Source: Mobula hypostoma
Lineage: Eukaryota
Direction: 5' to 3'
Assembly (NCBI RefSeq): GCF_963921235.1
Contig: NC_086097.1
Span: 100,938,001-101,002,000 of the forward strand
DNA length: 64,000 nucleotides
Position numbers and translations under genes: made by a program. How positions within the stretch are numbered: the first letter of the stretch is position 1; each line of letters opens with the position of its first letter. The notes under the pieces were generated by a model. The model searched no databases, was not told the origin of the DNA, and worked only from the letters and a program-made list of their open reading frames with translations. Positions 47,880-62,479 of the stretch are shown in pieces.

Positions 47880-50800
47880 ACAGGGAGTTAGGAAGGAAAA
47901 TTGAGAAGCAGGACCTCTAATGTAGTAATCTCAGGATTACTGCCTGTGCCATGTGACAGTGAGTATAGGAATAGAGTGAGGTGGAGGATAAATGTGTTGC
48001 TGTGGGATTGGAGCAGGGGGCATGGATTCAGAGATCTGGATCACTGGGACTTCTTTTGGGACAGGCATGACCTGTACAAAAAGGACGGGTTGCACTTGAA
48101 TCCAAGGGGGACCAATATCCTGGCAGGGAGGTTTGCTAAGGCTATTGGGGAGAGTTTAAACTAGAATTGCTGGGGGGTGGGAACCGAACTGAAGAGACTG
48201 AGGAAGGGGCGGTTGGCTCACAAATACAGAAAGCTTGGAGACAGTGCAAGAGGGAGGATAGGCAGGTGATAAAGAAGGGATACGCTCAGACCAATGGTTT
48301 GAGATGTGTCTATTTTAATGCAAGAAACATCATGAACAAAGCAGATGAGCTTAGAGGCTGGATCAGTACCTGGAGCTGTGATGTTGTGGGCATTACAGAG
48401 GCTTGGATGGCTCAGGGGCAGGAATGGTTACTTAGAGTGCCAGGCTTTAGATGTTTCAGAAAGGACAGGGAGGGAGGCAAAAGAGGTGGGGGTGTGGCAC
48501 TGCTGATCACAGATATTGTCACGGCTGCAGAAAAGGAGTAAGTCATAGAGGGATGGTCGACTAAGTCTCCGTGGGTGGAAGTTAGAAACAGGAAGGGGTC
48601 AATATCTCTACTGGGTTTTTTTTTCATAGACTACCCAATAGTAACAGGGATATTGAGTAGCAGATAGGGAGACACATTCTGGAAAGATATAATAATAACA
48701 GCATTGTCATGGTGGGAGATTTTAATTTCCCAAATATTGATTGGCATCTCCCTAGAGCAAGGGGTTTAGATGGGGTGGAGTTTGTTAGATGTGTTCAGGA
48801 AGTTTTCCTGACACAATATGTAGATAAGCCAACAAGAGGAGAGGCTGTACTTGATCTGGTATTGGAAAATGAACCTTGTCAGGTGTCAGGTCTCTCAGTG
48901 GGAGAGCATTTTGGAGATAGTGATCACAATTCTATCTCCTTTACCATAGCATTGGAGAGGGATAGGACAGACAAGTTCAGAAAGCAATTAATTAGAGTAA
49001 GAGGAAATATGAAGCTATCAGGCAGGAACTTGGAAGCATAAATTGGGAACAGATATTCTCAGGGAAATGTACAGCAGAAATATGGCAAACGTTCAGGGGA
49101 TATTTGCGTGGAGTTCTGCAAAGGTATGTTCCAATGAGACAGCGAAAAGATGGTAGGATACAGGAACCGTGGTGAACAAAGGCTGTTGTAAATCTAGTCA
49201 AGAAGAAAAGAAAAGCTTAGGGAAGGTTCTGGAAGATTTAAGGCTAGCAGGAAGGAGCTTAAGAATGAAATTAGCAGAGCCAGAAGGGGCCATGAGAAGG
49301 CCTTGGCGAGCAGGATTAAAGAAAACCCCAAGGCATAAGAGCAAGAGGATAAGACGTGAGAGAATAGGACCAATCAAGTGTGACAGTGGAAAAGTGTGTA
49401 TGGAACCAGAGGAGATGGCAGAGGTACTTAATGAATACTTTGCTTCAGTATTCACGACAGAAGAGTATCTTAGAGATTGTAGGAATGACTTACAGCGGAC
49501 TGAAAAGCTTGAGCATTATAGACATTAAGAAAGAGGATGAGCTGGAGCTTTTGGAAAGCATCAATTTGGATAAGTCTCCTGGACTGGATGAGATGTACTG
49601 TGGGAGGCAAGGGAGGAGATTGCTGAGCCTCTGGCAATGATCTTTGTATCATCCATGGGGACGGGAGAGGTTCCGGAGGATTGGGGGGCTGCAGATGTGT
49701 TTCCTTTATTCAATAAAGGGAGTAGAGAAAGCCCAGGAAATTACAGACAAGCGAGTCTTACTTCAGTGGTTGGTAAGCTGATGAAAAAGATCCTGAGAGG
49801 CAGGATTTTTGAACATTAAGAGAGGTATAATATGATTAGGAATGGTCAGCATGGCTTTGTAAAAGGCAGGTCATTCTTTATGGGTCTGATTGAATTTTTT
49901 TGAGGATGTGACTAAACACATTGATGAAAGTAGAGCAGTAGATGTAGTGTATATGGATTTCAGCCAGGCATTTCATAAGGTACCCCATGCAAGGCTTACT
50001 GAGAAAGTAAGAAGGCATGGGATCTAGGGCGACCTTGCTTTGTGGATCCAGAATTGGCTTGCCCACAGAAGGCAAAGAGTGGTTGTAGACGGGTCATATT
50101 CTGCATGGAGGTCAGTGACCAGTGGTGTGCCTTAGGGATCTGTTCTGGGACCCCTTCTCTTCGTGATTTTTATAAATGACCTGGATGAGGAAGTGGAGGG
50201 ATGGGTTGATTTGCTGATGACACAAAGGTTGGGGGTGTTGTGGATAGTGTGGAGGGCTGTCAGAGTTTACAGTGGGACATCAATTGGATGCAAAACTGGG
50301 CTGAGAAGTGGCAGATGGAGTTCAACCCATATAAGTGTGAGGTGGTTCATTTTGGTAGGTCAAACATGATGGCAGAATATAGTATTAATGGCAAGACTCT
50401 TGGCAGTGTGGAGGATCAAAGGGATCTTGGGGTCCGAGTCCATAGGACACTCAAAGCTGTTGCACAGGTTGACTCTGGGGTGATGAAGGCATACGATGTA
50501 TTGGCCTTCATCAATCGTGGAATTAAATTTAGGAGCCGAGAGGTAATGTTGCAGCTTTCTAGGACCCCGGTCCGAACCCATTTGGAGTACTGTTCTCAGT
50601 TCTGGTCGCCTCACTATAGGAAGAATGTGTAAACTATTGAAAGAGTGCAGAGGAGATTTACAATGATGTGGCCTGGATTGGGGAGTATGCCTTATGAGTA
50701 TAGGTTGAGTGAACTCAGCCTTTTCTCCTTGAAGCAGCAGAGGATGAGAGGTGGCCTGATAGAGGTGTATAAGACGATGAGAGGCATTGATCATGTGGAT

Positions 50801-51125
50801 AGTCAGAGGCTTTTTCCCAGGGCTGAAATGGCTAACACAAGAGGGCACAGTTTTAAGGTGCTTGGAAGTAGGTACTGAGGGGATGTCAGGGGTAAGTTTT
50901 TGTTAACGAAGGAAGTGGTGAGTGCATGGAATGGGCTGCCGGCAACAGTGGTGGAGACAGATACGATAGGGTCTTTTCAGAGATTCTTGGAAAGGTAAAT
51001 GGAGCTCTGAAAAATAGAGGGCTATGGGTAACCCTAGGGAATTTCTAAAGTAAGCACCTGGTTTCGGCAGAGCATTGTGGTATGATGGGCCTGTATTGTG
51101 CTGTAGGTTATCTCTGTTTCTATGA
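47880..51125 (+). mobile_element. CR1-type LINE: ORF1 esterase C-terminus plus full decayed ORF2
   Basis: VVISGLLPVP..DGLHLN; CVYFNARN, VGDFN, SDHN, SPGLD, LEYCSQFW; tail CTCTGTTTCTATG. Confidence 0.93.
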
Positions 51126-51429
51126 CTCTGAGACTTCCAGGACTCCAACATGCAGCATGAAGAACAAACATGATCATTTACTACACTAGATACAGTAAGA
51201 AAAAAAGGGAACATTAACAAGAGCTTATCCAGACCCAACACCTCGTTCGAGCCAAAATCTCCTTTGAGCCAATGCTTGACACTCCTACTCTCACCGCTGG
51301 TCCACTCCTAACACTGGCTTCCCCGCTTGTCCTTTTTGTCAACCTTTGCGTTGCCAACCTGTGAGAAATCTCATCGCTGTGGCCTGCTCCTGATGCTGAA
51401 TGGGCTGCCAGGATATACACTCAGGTTTA

Positions 51430-52325
51430 GGATAAGGCCGCAATAGACTTAGAGGGAATCAAAGGAAGAATTTTTTCCCCACTCAGAGGGAGGCTAAACT
51501 CTAAATTACATTGCTAGAGTGGGTGATGGAGGCAGAGATATTCACAACATTTAAGTAGTATGTGGATTTGCCAAGGTATGGGAGGTACAAATCAAATGTT
51601 GGTAATGTAGATGGATATCCAATGGTCAACGTAAACATGGTGAACAGAAGGGCCCATTTCTGCACTGTATTACCCTGTCAATCAATGCAATAAATGCAAC
51701 ATGCATGCTCATGGGTGCTGGATAGCTGGATGTATTGTCCAATGCATATCATGTACCAATGTTCTCTCACCTTTTTATCCCTATACCTCTAAAGAGAGAG
51801 AGCAATACTCCAATCACTTCCAAGTAGGCATAAGGAATATTGGAGTACTACATAATGAACTATACACTGCAAAGCACATGTTGGATAGTCTGTATAGTCT
51901 GGGCTATTTGCTAGAAAGAAAGTGTTGTCCTAACAAGAGCAACAGGGTTGGTCTGTATTCCATGGAGATTAGAGAGAGAGGTGTCTTTATTGAGATACAA
52001 AAGATCCTACTGAGCTTGAGGATAGAAGTAGAGATAATTTCCAAAAAGGAAAGGTCTTGAACAGGGGACATAATTACAAGTGGCAGATCATTTTAAAATG
52101 AGATACAGAGAAATTTCTTCTGTCAGAGGGCAGTGAATTTCTAGCTCTAAGGGTGCTGGAGGCCAGATCATTTAAATATACAGTTCATCATTAAATATTT
52201 GAAAGACTGAATTAAAAGCTATAGGGAACTGACATAAGAGGCTGAGGACAGCTCATTCAGCCATGACCATAATGAATAGTGGGGCCTGGTGGACTACTCT
52301 GCTCCCATTTTCTTGTCCTTGTATC
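51430..52325 (+). mobile_element. Two very degenerate CR1 3' ends
   Basis: ACTCAGAGGG.., TTTCTTCTGTCAGAGGG.. and CTACTCTGCTCCCATTT-type termini. Confidence 0.55.
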
Positions 52326-53081
52326 AAACTGTGAATACCCACAATCAGCTTGAGTACTGCATACAACTCGCCTGATTAATCGCCACATGACAGAATGATT
52401 GAACTGGAGACAGTGTTGAAACCCAAAGTTGTTGCTGGAATTGGAAAACTAGATAGGAGGAGAGATTAGTTTGAAATAAAAGAATAAAGGGAGCTGAGAA
52501 GAGAATTAACTGAAATATACATAATGGTGAGGAGCCTAGATAAAGTAAGTATGAAAGATCTATTTCCAATAGAAGGGTGTCAGAAACAAGGAAAAGGTAT
52601 TGTAAGTATTTCTTTGCTAGTGACATCCAGCTTCTGAAAATGAATAACAAAGTGAGCATTTATTTTCCATCCCTAACTGCCATTAGAAGATGGGAAAACA
52701 TCTTCTGGAATCACTACAGTTCTTTTAGGTCATGGAACAGAATGGCACAAAACAGACCTTTCAGCTGATAATATCTGTGCCAGACACAATGCTGAATTAA
52801 ATTAGATCCACATCACTCCATTCTCTACATATGCACGTGTCTAACAGTGTCTACACCACTATTGTAGCTGCTTTGTCCCGCTGTTCAGCAGCAGTCATCC
52901 AGGTAGGTGGAGAGTCATACTCTTGACCTATGCTTTGCAGATGATGCAAAGTCCTTGGGACATCAGGTGGTGAGTCATTTACATCACCAAAGACCAGTCT
53001 TTGTTGCCACCATATTTATATAGCCACTACAACTGAGTTTCTGGTAACACACTAGATATTCATTATGGGGAGTTCAGCAAT

Positions 53082-56048
53082 TGCAATGCAACTGAAAATG
53101 TCAAATGTAGAGAATTAGATTCTCTGTTGGAGATAATCACTGTGCCTCACTTCCATTATGTGAACGTTATTTGCTACTTATCAGCCCAATTGTCCAGAGC
53201 TGACTGCATACAGCCATGGGATCCTTCATTGGCTGAAAACTAGTGAATGGAATTGAATACTGTACATTCCTCAGCACAACCACCACAGTTCTAATATTGT
53301 GATTGATGAAGCAGATAAAGATGAGTTTAGGACCTCTTGCAGTGATGTCCTATGGCTGTAACAACTGACTTCCCACAACCACAATTATCTTCCTTTGTAC
53401 AACACCAGCAATTCTGTAAATCAGCGAGTTATTTTGTTATTGTTGGTCTCCCCTCTCGCTGTGCAATACCTCTCTCCCCCTTTACTACAGAGAGATGTCG
53501 AATTGGTCAGGTGAACAATCAAATTTTCTGTACTGCAGATCCTGGTCCCTCCTGTGGGCTTTGGTGTTAAACCATAAGGCCACAGATATAGGAGCAGAAG
53601 TAGGCCATTCGGCCCATAAAGTCTGCTCCACTATTCAATCATGGGCTGATCCAATTCTTTCAGTCATCCCCACTCCCCTGCCTTCTTCCCATACCCTTTG
53701 ATGCCCTGGCTATTCTAGAACCTATCTATCTCTGCCTGAAATGACTTGGCCTCTACAGGCGCTCATGGCAACAAATTCCACAGATTTACCACCCTCTCAC
53801 TAAAGTAATTTCTCCACATCTCTGTTCTAAATGGACATTCTTCAATCCTGAAATTGTGCCCTCTTGTCCTAGACTCCCCTACCATGGGGGGAAATAACTT
53901 TGCCATATCTAATCTGTTCAGGCTTTTTAACAGTTGGAATATTTCTATGAGATCCCCCCTCATTCTCCTGAACTCCAGGGAATACAGCCCAAGAGCTACC
54001 AGACATTCTTTCAATGGTAACCCTTTCATTCCTGGAATCATTCTCGTGAATCTTCTGTGAACCCTCTCTAATGTCAGTATATCCTTTGCAAAATAAGGAG
54101 CCCAAAACTGCACACAACTCCAAGTGCAGTCTCACGGGTGCCTAATAGAACCTCAACATCACATCCCTGCTCTTATGTTCTATAGCTCCAGAAATGAATA
54201 CCAACATTGCAATCGCCTTCTTCACCACAGACTCTACCTGCAGGTTTACCTTCAGGGTATCTTGCACAAGGACTCCCAACTACCTTTGCATCTCTGTATT
54301 TTAAATTCCCTTACCCATCTAAGTAATAGTCTGTCTGTTTATTTCTTCCACCAAAGTGCATGACCATACACTTTCCAACATTGTATTTCATTTGCCATTT
54401 CTTTGCCCATTCCCTTAAACTATCCAAGTCTCTCTGCAAGCTCTCTGTTTCCTCAACACTACCCGCTCCTCCACCTATCTTTGTATCATCAGCAAATTTA
54501 GCTACAAATTCATTAATCCCATAGTCCAATTCCTTGACATACATTGTAAAAAGCAGGTGTCCCAACACTGACCTCAGTGGAACCTCTGTGGTAACTGGTA
54601 GCCAGCCAGAATAGTCATACTTTATTGATCCCGGGGGAAATTGGTTTTCGTTACAGTTGCGCCATAAATAATAAATAGTAATAAAACCATAAATAGTTAA
54701 ATAGTAATATGTAAATTATGCCAGGAAATAAGTCCAGGACCAACCTATTGGGTGGCTCCCCCTCCAAGGGAGGAGCTGTAAAGTTTGATGGCCACAGGCA
54801 GGAATGACTTCCTATGACGCTCTGTGCTGCATCTCGGTGGAGTGAGTCTCTGGCTGAATGTACTCCTGTGCCCAACCTGTACATTATGTAGTGGACGGGA
54901 CACATTGTCCAAGATGGTATGCAACTTGGACAGCATCCTCTTTTCAGACACCACTGTCAGAGAGTCCAGTTCCATCCCCACAACATCACTGGCCTTACGA
55001 ATGAGTTTGTTGATTCTGTTGGTGTCTGCAACCCTCAGCCTGCTGCCCCAGCACACAACAGCAAACATGATCGCACTGGCCACCACAGACTCGTAGAACA
55101 TCCTCAGCATCGATCAGCAGATGTTAAAGGACCTCAGTCTCCTCAGGAAACAGAGATGGTTCTGACCCTTCTTATAGACAGCCTCAGTGTTCTTTGACCA
55201 GTCCAGTTTATTGTCAATTCATATCCCCAGGTATTTGTAATCCTCCACCATGTCCACACTGACCCCCTGGATGGAAATAGGGGTCACCGATACCTTAGCT
55301 CTCCTCAGGTCTACCACCAGCTCCTTAGTCTTTTTCACATTAAGTATTAAGCTGCAGATAATTCTGCTCACACCATGTGACAAAGTTTCCTACCGTAGCC
55401 CTGTACTCAGCCTTATCTCCCTTGTTGATGCATCCAACTATGGCAGAGTGATCAGAAAACTTCTGAAGATGACAAGACTCTGTGCAGTAGTTGAAGTCCG
55501 AGGTGTAAATGGTGAAGAGAAAGGGAGACAAGACAGTCCCCTGTGGAGCCCCAATGCTGCTGATCACTCTGTCGGACACACAGTGTTGCAAGCACACGTA
55601 CTATGGTCTGCCAGTCAGGTAGTCAAGAATCCATGACACCAGGAAAGCATCCACCTGCATCGCTGTCAGCTTCTCCCCCAGCAGAGCAGGGCGGATGGTG
55701 TTGAACACACTGGAGAAGTCAAAAAACATGACCCTCACAGTGCTCGCTGGTTTGTCCAGGTGGGCGTAGACACGGTTCAGGAGGTAGACGATGGCATACT
55801 CAACTCCTAGTCGGGGCTGGTAGGCGAACTGGAGGGGATCTAAGTGTGGCCTGACCATAGGCTGAAACAGCTCCAGAACAAGTCTCTCCAGGGTCTTCAT
55901 GATGTGGGAGGTCAATGCCAAGAGTCTGTAGTCATTGAGGCCGCTGGAGCGCGGCGTCTTCGGCACAGGTATGAGACAGGACATCTTCCACAACACAGGA
56001 ACCCTCCGGAGCCTCAGGCTCAGGTTGAAGACATGGCGAAGTACTCCA
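53082..56048 (+). repeat. Local segmental duplication, copy B (probable source)
   Basis: Retains ~280 bp (53891-54170) missing in copy A and lies in uninterrupted flanking context. Confidence 0.93.
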
Positions 56049-58364
56049 TTAGGGATAATAGGATAATAGTGGGAGTGGGAAGAAAGGGATAATAGGATCC
56101 CTTTATTCCCACTCTCTGTTTTCTGCTGATCAGCCAATGCTCCACCTATGCTAATAACTTCCCTGTAATTCCATGGGCTCTTATCTTGCTAAGCAGCCTC
56201 ATGTGTGGTACCTTGTCAAAGGCGTTCTGAAAATCTAAGTGCACATCTACTGCATCTCCTTTGTCTACCCTTCTTGTAATTTTCTCAAAAATTTGCAGTA
56301 GGTTAGTCAGGCAGAATTTTGCTTTCAGGAAACCATGTTGGCTTTGACCTACCTTGTCATTTGCCTCCAGGTACTCCGTAATCTCATCCTTAACAATCAA
56401 TTCCAACAACTTCTCAACCATTGATGTCAGGCTAACAGGTCTATAGTTTCCTTTCTGCTGCCTTCCACCCTTCTTAAATAGCGGAGTAATATTTGCAATT
56501 TTCCAGTCATCTGGTACCTTCCTAGAACCCAGTGATTCTTGAAAGATCATTGTTAATGCCTCCGCAATCTCTCCAGCTACTTCCTTCAGGACCCGAGGGT
56601 GCACTCCATCAGGTCCAGGAAATTTATCCACCCTCAGACCATTAAGCTTCCTGAGCACCTTCTCATTCGTTATTTTCACTGCACAAACTTCATTTCCCTG
56701 ACACTCTTGAATATCCGGTAAACTGCAGATGTCTTCCACTGTGAAGACTGATGCAAAATATGCATTCAGTTCCTCTGCTATCTCTGTGTCTCTCATTACA
56801 ATCTCTCCAGCATCATTTTCTATTGTCCTATATCTACCCGCGACTCTCTTTTACCCTTTGTAAACTTAAAAAAGCTTTCAGTATCTTCTCTGATATTAGT
56901 CGCTAGTTCCTTTCATAATTCATCTTTTCCTTCCTAATGACCTTCTTAGTTTCCTTCTGCAAATTTTTTAAAAGCTTCCCAAATCTCTATCTTCCCACTA
57001 GCTTTGGCTTCCTTGTATGCCCTCTCTTTTACTTTTACTTTGGCTCTGACTTCACTTGTCAGCCATGGTAGCGTCCTTCTCCCATTTGAAAATTTCTTAT
57101 TTGGAATATATCTGTCATGCACATTCCTCATTTTTCGCAGAAACTCCAGCCATTGCTGCTCTGCTGTCCTTCCTGCTAGTGTCCCTTTCCAGTCATCTTT
57201 GGCCAGTTCCCCTATGCCATTGAAATTTCCTTTTTTCCACTGAAATACCAACACATTGGATTTTAGTTTCTCCTTCTCAAATTTCAAAGTGAACTTGATC
57301 ATATTGTGACCACTGTTCCCTAAGGGTTCCTTAACCTTAAGCTCTCTTATCACCTTCGGATCATTGCACAACACCCAATCCAGCACACCCGATCCCCCAG
57401 TGGGCCCAACAACAAGCTGTTCTAAAAAGCCATCCCTTAGACATTCCACAAACTCTCTCTCGAGGTCCAGTATTGACCTGGTTTTCCCAATCCACTTTCA
57501 TGTTAAAATCCCCAACGATTATCATGACTTTGCTCTTCTGACCTGCCTTTTCTATCCCCTGTTATTTGTAATCCACATCCTGGCTACTGTTTGGAGGCTT
57601 GTATGCACTGCCATTAGGGTCCTTTTACCCTTGCCATTTCTTAACTCAACCCATAAAGACTCTACACCTTCTGATCCTATGTCATCCCTTTCTAATGATT
57701 TAATATTATTTCTTATACACACGGCCACACCACCGCCTCTCTGCCTACTAACCTATCTTTCTGATACACCATATATCCTTTGACACTCAGCTCCCAATGG
57801 CAGCCATCCTTTAGCCAAGCTTCAGAGATGGCCGCAACATCATATTTGCCAATCTGTAGCTGAATTTCAAGATCCTCCATTTTATTTCTTATGCTGCATG
57901 CATTCAAATAGAACACTTTCAGTCCAGTATTTGTTGCTTTCTGTTTTTAACTGCACAATGCCTCTATTGCCCTGTAACTCATCCTCATGTAACTCAGGCT
58001 GTGATTATGCCTCATCTCCTGCCTGTCCCTTCTATCACCCCTGTTGCACGCTATCTTTGATTTACTTCTGTTTTCCCCTTCCTCAGCCCTATCACTGTGG
58101 TTCCCATCCCGCTCCCAAATTATTTTAAACCCTCCCTTACAGCTCTATTAAACCTGCCTGCTAGGAGCTTGGAATCCTTTGGGTTCAGGTGTAACCCATC
58201 CTTTTTGTACAGATCGAACCTCTCCCAGAAGAGGCCCCAGTGATCCAGAAGAATAATGCGCGCTATTCTTGCACTCGTTAGCACGTGGCACAGGCAGCAA
58301 TTCTGAGATTACTACCCTGCAGATCCTGCTTTTCAGCTTCCTATTCAACTCCCTGAATTCTGTC
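53571..58364 (-). mobile_element. Long CR1 LINE (53571-54614 + 56091-58364, last piece 60266-60312) split by two Rex1-type insertions
   Basis: ORFs at 53763, 54311, 56146, 56946, 57713 (YLNACSIRNK) and 58148 (ORF1 VVISELLPVP). Confidence 0.9.
54615..56048 (-). mobile_element. Rex1/Babar LINE, 5'-truncated
   Basis: Same family as 8959-10714; AATAG duplicated at 54610-54614 and 56091-56095. Confidence 0.9.
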
Positions 58365-60265
58365 TTTCCTTTACTTTACTTTATACTTTATTGTCGCCAA
58401 ACAATTGATACTAGAACATACAATCATCACAGCGATATTTGATTCTGCGCTTCCCATTCCCTGGATTACAAATATTAAATATTAAAAATAGTAAAAATTA
58501 GTAAATATTAAAATTTTAAATTATAAATCATAAATAGAAAATAGAAAAATGGAAAGTAAGGTAGTGCAAAAAAAAACCAAGAGGCAGGTCCGGATATTTG
58601 GAGGGTACGGCCCAGATCCGGGTCAGGATCCGTTCAGCAGTCTTATCACAGTTGGAAAGAAGCTGTTCCTAAATCTGGCCATACGAGTCTTCAAGCTCCT
58701 GAGCCTTCTCCTGGAGGGAAGAGGGATGAAAAGTCTGTTGGCTGGGTGGGTCGTGTCCTTGATTATCCTGGCAGTACTGCTCCGACAGCGTGCGGTGTAA
58801 AGTGAGTCCACGGACGGAAGATTGGTTTGTGTGATGTGCTGCGCCGTGTTCACAATCTTCTGCAGCTTCTTTTGGTCTTGGAAAGGACAACTTCCATACC
58901 AGGTTGTGATTCACCCTCGAAGAATGCTTTCTACGGTGCATCTATAAAAATTAGTGAGGGTTTTAGGGGACAGGCCAAATTTCTTTAGTTTTCTCAGGAA
59001 GTAAAGGTGCTGGTGGGCCTTCTTGGCAGTGAACTCTGCTTGGTTGGACCAAATCAGATAATTTGTGATATTAACCCCGAAGAACTTAAAGCTTTTGATC
59101 TGTTCCACTTGCGCACCACCGATGTAAATTGGGTCGTGTGGTCCGCTACTCCTTCTGAAGTCAACAACCAATTCCTTTGTCTTGCTGACGTTGAGGGATA
59201 GGTTATTGTCTTCGCACCATGCCACCAGGTTCTTAATTTCCTCTCTGTACTCAGACTCATCATTACCCGAGATACGGCCTACAATTGTTGTGTCATCAGC
59301 AAACTTATATATTGAGTTTGATGGAAACTTGGCTACACAATCATCGGTGTACAGGGGCTGAGTACACAGCCTTGTGGGGCACCGGTGCTCAGAGTGATTG
59401 TAGAGGACAACTTGTCCCCTACTTTTACAGCCTGGGTCCTGTCTGTCAGGAAGTTGAAGATCCAGCTGCAGATCTGAGTGCTAAGGCCCAGGTTCCGGAG
59501 CTTAGGAATCAGTTTATTTGGAATGATGGTATTAAAGGCAGAGCTGTAGTCAATGAAAAGGAGCCTTACGTATGCGTCTTTATTCTTCAGGTGTTCTCAG
59601 GAGGAATGTAGGGCCAGAGAGATGGCATCTGCCGTTGACCTGTTGCTCGGTGAAGTGAATTGCAAAGCGTCGAGGTTGACCGATAGGCTGTGGTTGATGT
59701 GTGCCATAACAATCTCTTGAAGCACTTCATAGCAATTGATGTCAGAGCCACAGGTCAATAGTCATTCAGGCATGCCACCTTGTTCTTCTTCGGCACTGGG
59801 ATTATCGTTGCCTTCTTAAAACACAAGGGGATCTTAGACTGAAGCAAGGAGCAGTTGAAGATGTCAGCAAACACTCCAGCTAGCTTGCTTGCACAGGCCT
59901 GGAGAACCCGTCCTGGGACGCCATCTGGGCCCGTCGCCTTCCTTGGATTTATCTTCAGGAAGGCCCTTCTAACGTCCTCCTCGGTGACGATGAATCTCGA
60001 TGCCACCAGGTCTGGTTCATCTGGAGGGAGCAGGACGCTCCTCTTCTGTTTGAATTTTGTGTAGAAGACATTAAGTTCGTCAGGAAGAGAAGCGCCACAG
60101 TTATTGATATTCCCAGCCTTTTCTTTGCGCCCAGTGATCTCATTTAGACCCTGCCATAGTCTACTGACATCCCTCTAGTTAGCTTGGGCTCCCAACTTGG
60201 CTCGATATTGCCTCTTGGTGCCCTTAATGGCTTTCCGGAGTTCACGCCTAGATTCCGTGTAGTGA
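58365..60265 (-). mobile_element. Second Rex1/Babar-like LINE family, 5'-truncated
   Basis: [69 protein letters not shown] plus (AAAGT)n tail. Confidence 0.88.
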
Positions 60266-60644
60266 CTCTTCAGGACCTCCTCCCTTTTTCTACTCATGTC
60301 ATTGGTACAAATGTGGTGAGTGGCTTGGGGGTGGTAGGTGCTGATTCTTTTTGCTGAAATGAGTAAGGGAGGGGAGGTTGATGCTTTCCTGCTGCCCGTG
60401 TGAGGGAGGGAGGAGAAGGGGGCTTTAGGGTTCTAACATTTTAACTGTCACTCTCACGCTTTGGAGTTTTAACTCTCATTCTTAGGAGTATTCTACTGTT
60501 TTTGTGGATGTCTGTGGAGAGCAAGAATTTCAGGGTGTATATTGTATACATTCTCTGATATTAAATCGAACTATTGAACTAGAATTGAGATGCCCATTAA
60601 CCTCAATTTCCCCAGAGTTCTATGATGCTACATTTGGTCAAATA

Positions 60645-61530
60645 CAGGTTGACTACTGATTTTCCAGCACCCTCGATTCCTGAGCCTTGCCGGATTAATA
60701 TTTTTGCCAGATTAAAAGAGGTCACACAATAATAATGGCAAAAATGTAGAAGCTTAAAAAGGATTATTAATTAAACAAAAATTAAATGTAAATTTATTAA
60801 TTACCATGCTTACAAAGAATGTTGCTTCTCGGTTATCTTTTTAAACATTTCATCCAGCCAAAGTTGTTTCATGTGGTTTGATCTCTGTCTCTGTAATATT
60901 TCTTGCCTCAAATAAAAATTCATTCGTTCTTGTTCTGTCACAAAGGTACTTTTCTCCAACTCTTTGATTAAATCTCCTAACAACTCAATTAACTTGTCAA
61001 TAATAAATCTTTTAGTTTCATCCATTTTATCATCATTATCACTGCTATCTTCTAAATCAGCATTCAGAACACTGTTTATAATTTCCGAGTCCGTAAGGTG
61101 ATGCACAACAGGTGCTTCGTCGTCAACAATCATCCGCTTACATGAATTTGCTTCATTAAGACTACTTGCAATATCTTTGAAAGCAGGTCCTGTAACATTT
61201 TTTATATACACAAGCAAATCATAAACAATTACTTTAACCTTTGATGCACAAAATCCTGTTCAACCATTGTGCTTTTCTTCAGGTGTATTATCAAACATCA
61301 AGGCAAGCCACAAGTTATGCCAGGTATTCTTTAGTGCTGAAGGATCTACTTTCTTCCGCCCTCGAGCAATGAACCAAAGAATGTCCTTCATGTTAAATTC
61401 TTCAACAAATGTCTATACAGAATTGTCAGCATTTATCTCATCTAACAGACATTTCATGAAAAGTGAGCGATACTTGACCTCAGTTTCATCCGAATTAAAA
61501 GAGGTTTCCAGAAAATTAGTGGTCAACTAG
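60645..61530 (-). mobile_element. Tigger/pogo (jerky-like) DNA transposon, 3' part
   Basis: TA|CAGGTTGAC.. terminus; ORF 60810-61217 DDEAPVVHHLTDSEIINSVL resembles a Tigger transposase C-terminus. Confidence 0.68.
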
Positions 61531-62479
61531 TACTGCCTTGATGCTAATCTCTGCAATTCAGCTCTTAAATCCGTGTTTGGACTAAGCCTGTGATAAAATA
61601 AGAATTTCGAGTAGTTCCGGTGAAACCTGTCTGTGTGATCAGTGAGTCAGTTATTGGTGAAGAAGTGCCACCTGATAGCAATGTTGTTGCCAATGGCTGA
61701 CAACAGACTGACTGAATGGCAATTAGCTAGATTGGATTTGTTCTGGGTTTTTTTTGTTTACAGGACAACAGCTTGACTCGAAGAAGCACAGCTAGTTCTG
61801 GAGCACAAGTTTTCAGTACTATAACACAGCTGCTCTCTGTTCCATAACCTTTTTTTCTCTATCTAGAACTTTGTTGCTCCTTGAATGGGTCAGAGGATTG
61901 CAGGAAAGATGAACAAAACTCCTTTCACACAGGAGAGTGATGAGCATTTGGACCCTACTGCCTGAGACTGTGATACAGGTAGAAACAACTCTCATGTTTA
62001 ATAATTATTGTATTTTACATGTCACAACCTCCTGGAGTATTATTGAAAAGTGGGACTAGGTTATTCTTTTTGATTGGCACATACGTGTCTTTTTCTGTTG
62101 TAAATTGCTCCTAATTCCATTCTCTTCTCTCCAAACTCATGCACCATATACACTACATAATCCTCTTCCCAAATGAGAAATAAACTTGCGAATCGCAAGC
62201 GATCATGGAAGAAAGGTCAATTGTAATGTCGTAAGCCTCATGAACAATATGCAGGTCAGCCCTTCAGGAGTATTCACCTTTAGCTGATCATACTAAGAAC
62301 TGTACAGGCAAAACTTGGGCACTCTGCTTTATATCAATGTAAGAACACAAGAAAACATTCAATATGAAATACTAAACTTGAGTGACTTCAGTCAGTCAGC
62401 AGCTGGAGCTGTGTGCACAAAAGCATAATGACAGTATTGCGAGTTATACAGCAAGGACACACCAAGTCTTCGCTGACCT

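Noticed and set aside
51214..51420. Possible minus-strand host exon (TTTCTCACAG acceptor-like site, 68-aa ORF)
   Set aside because: No recognisable protein and no strong donor; part resembles the CR1 5' UTR at 20170-20250 (TTGGCTCAA motif).
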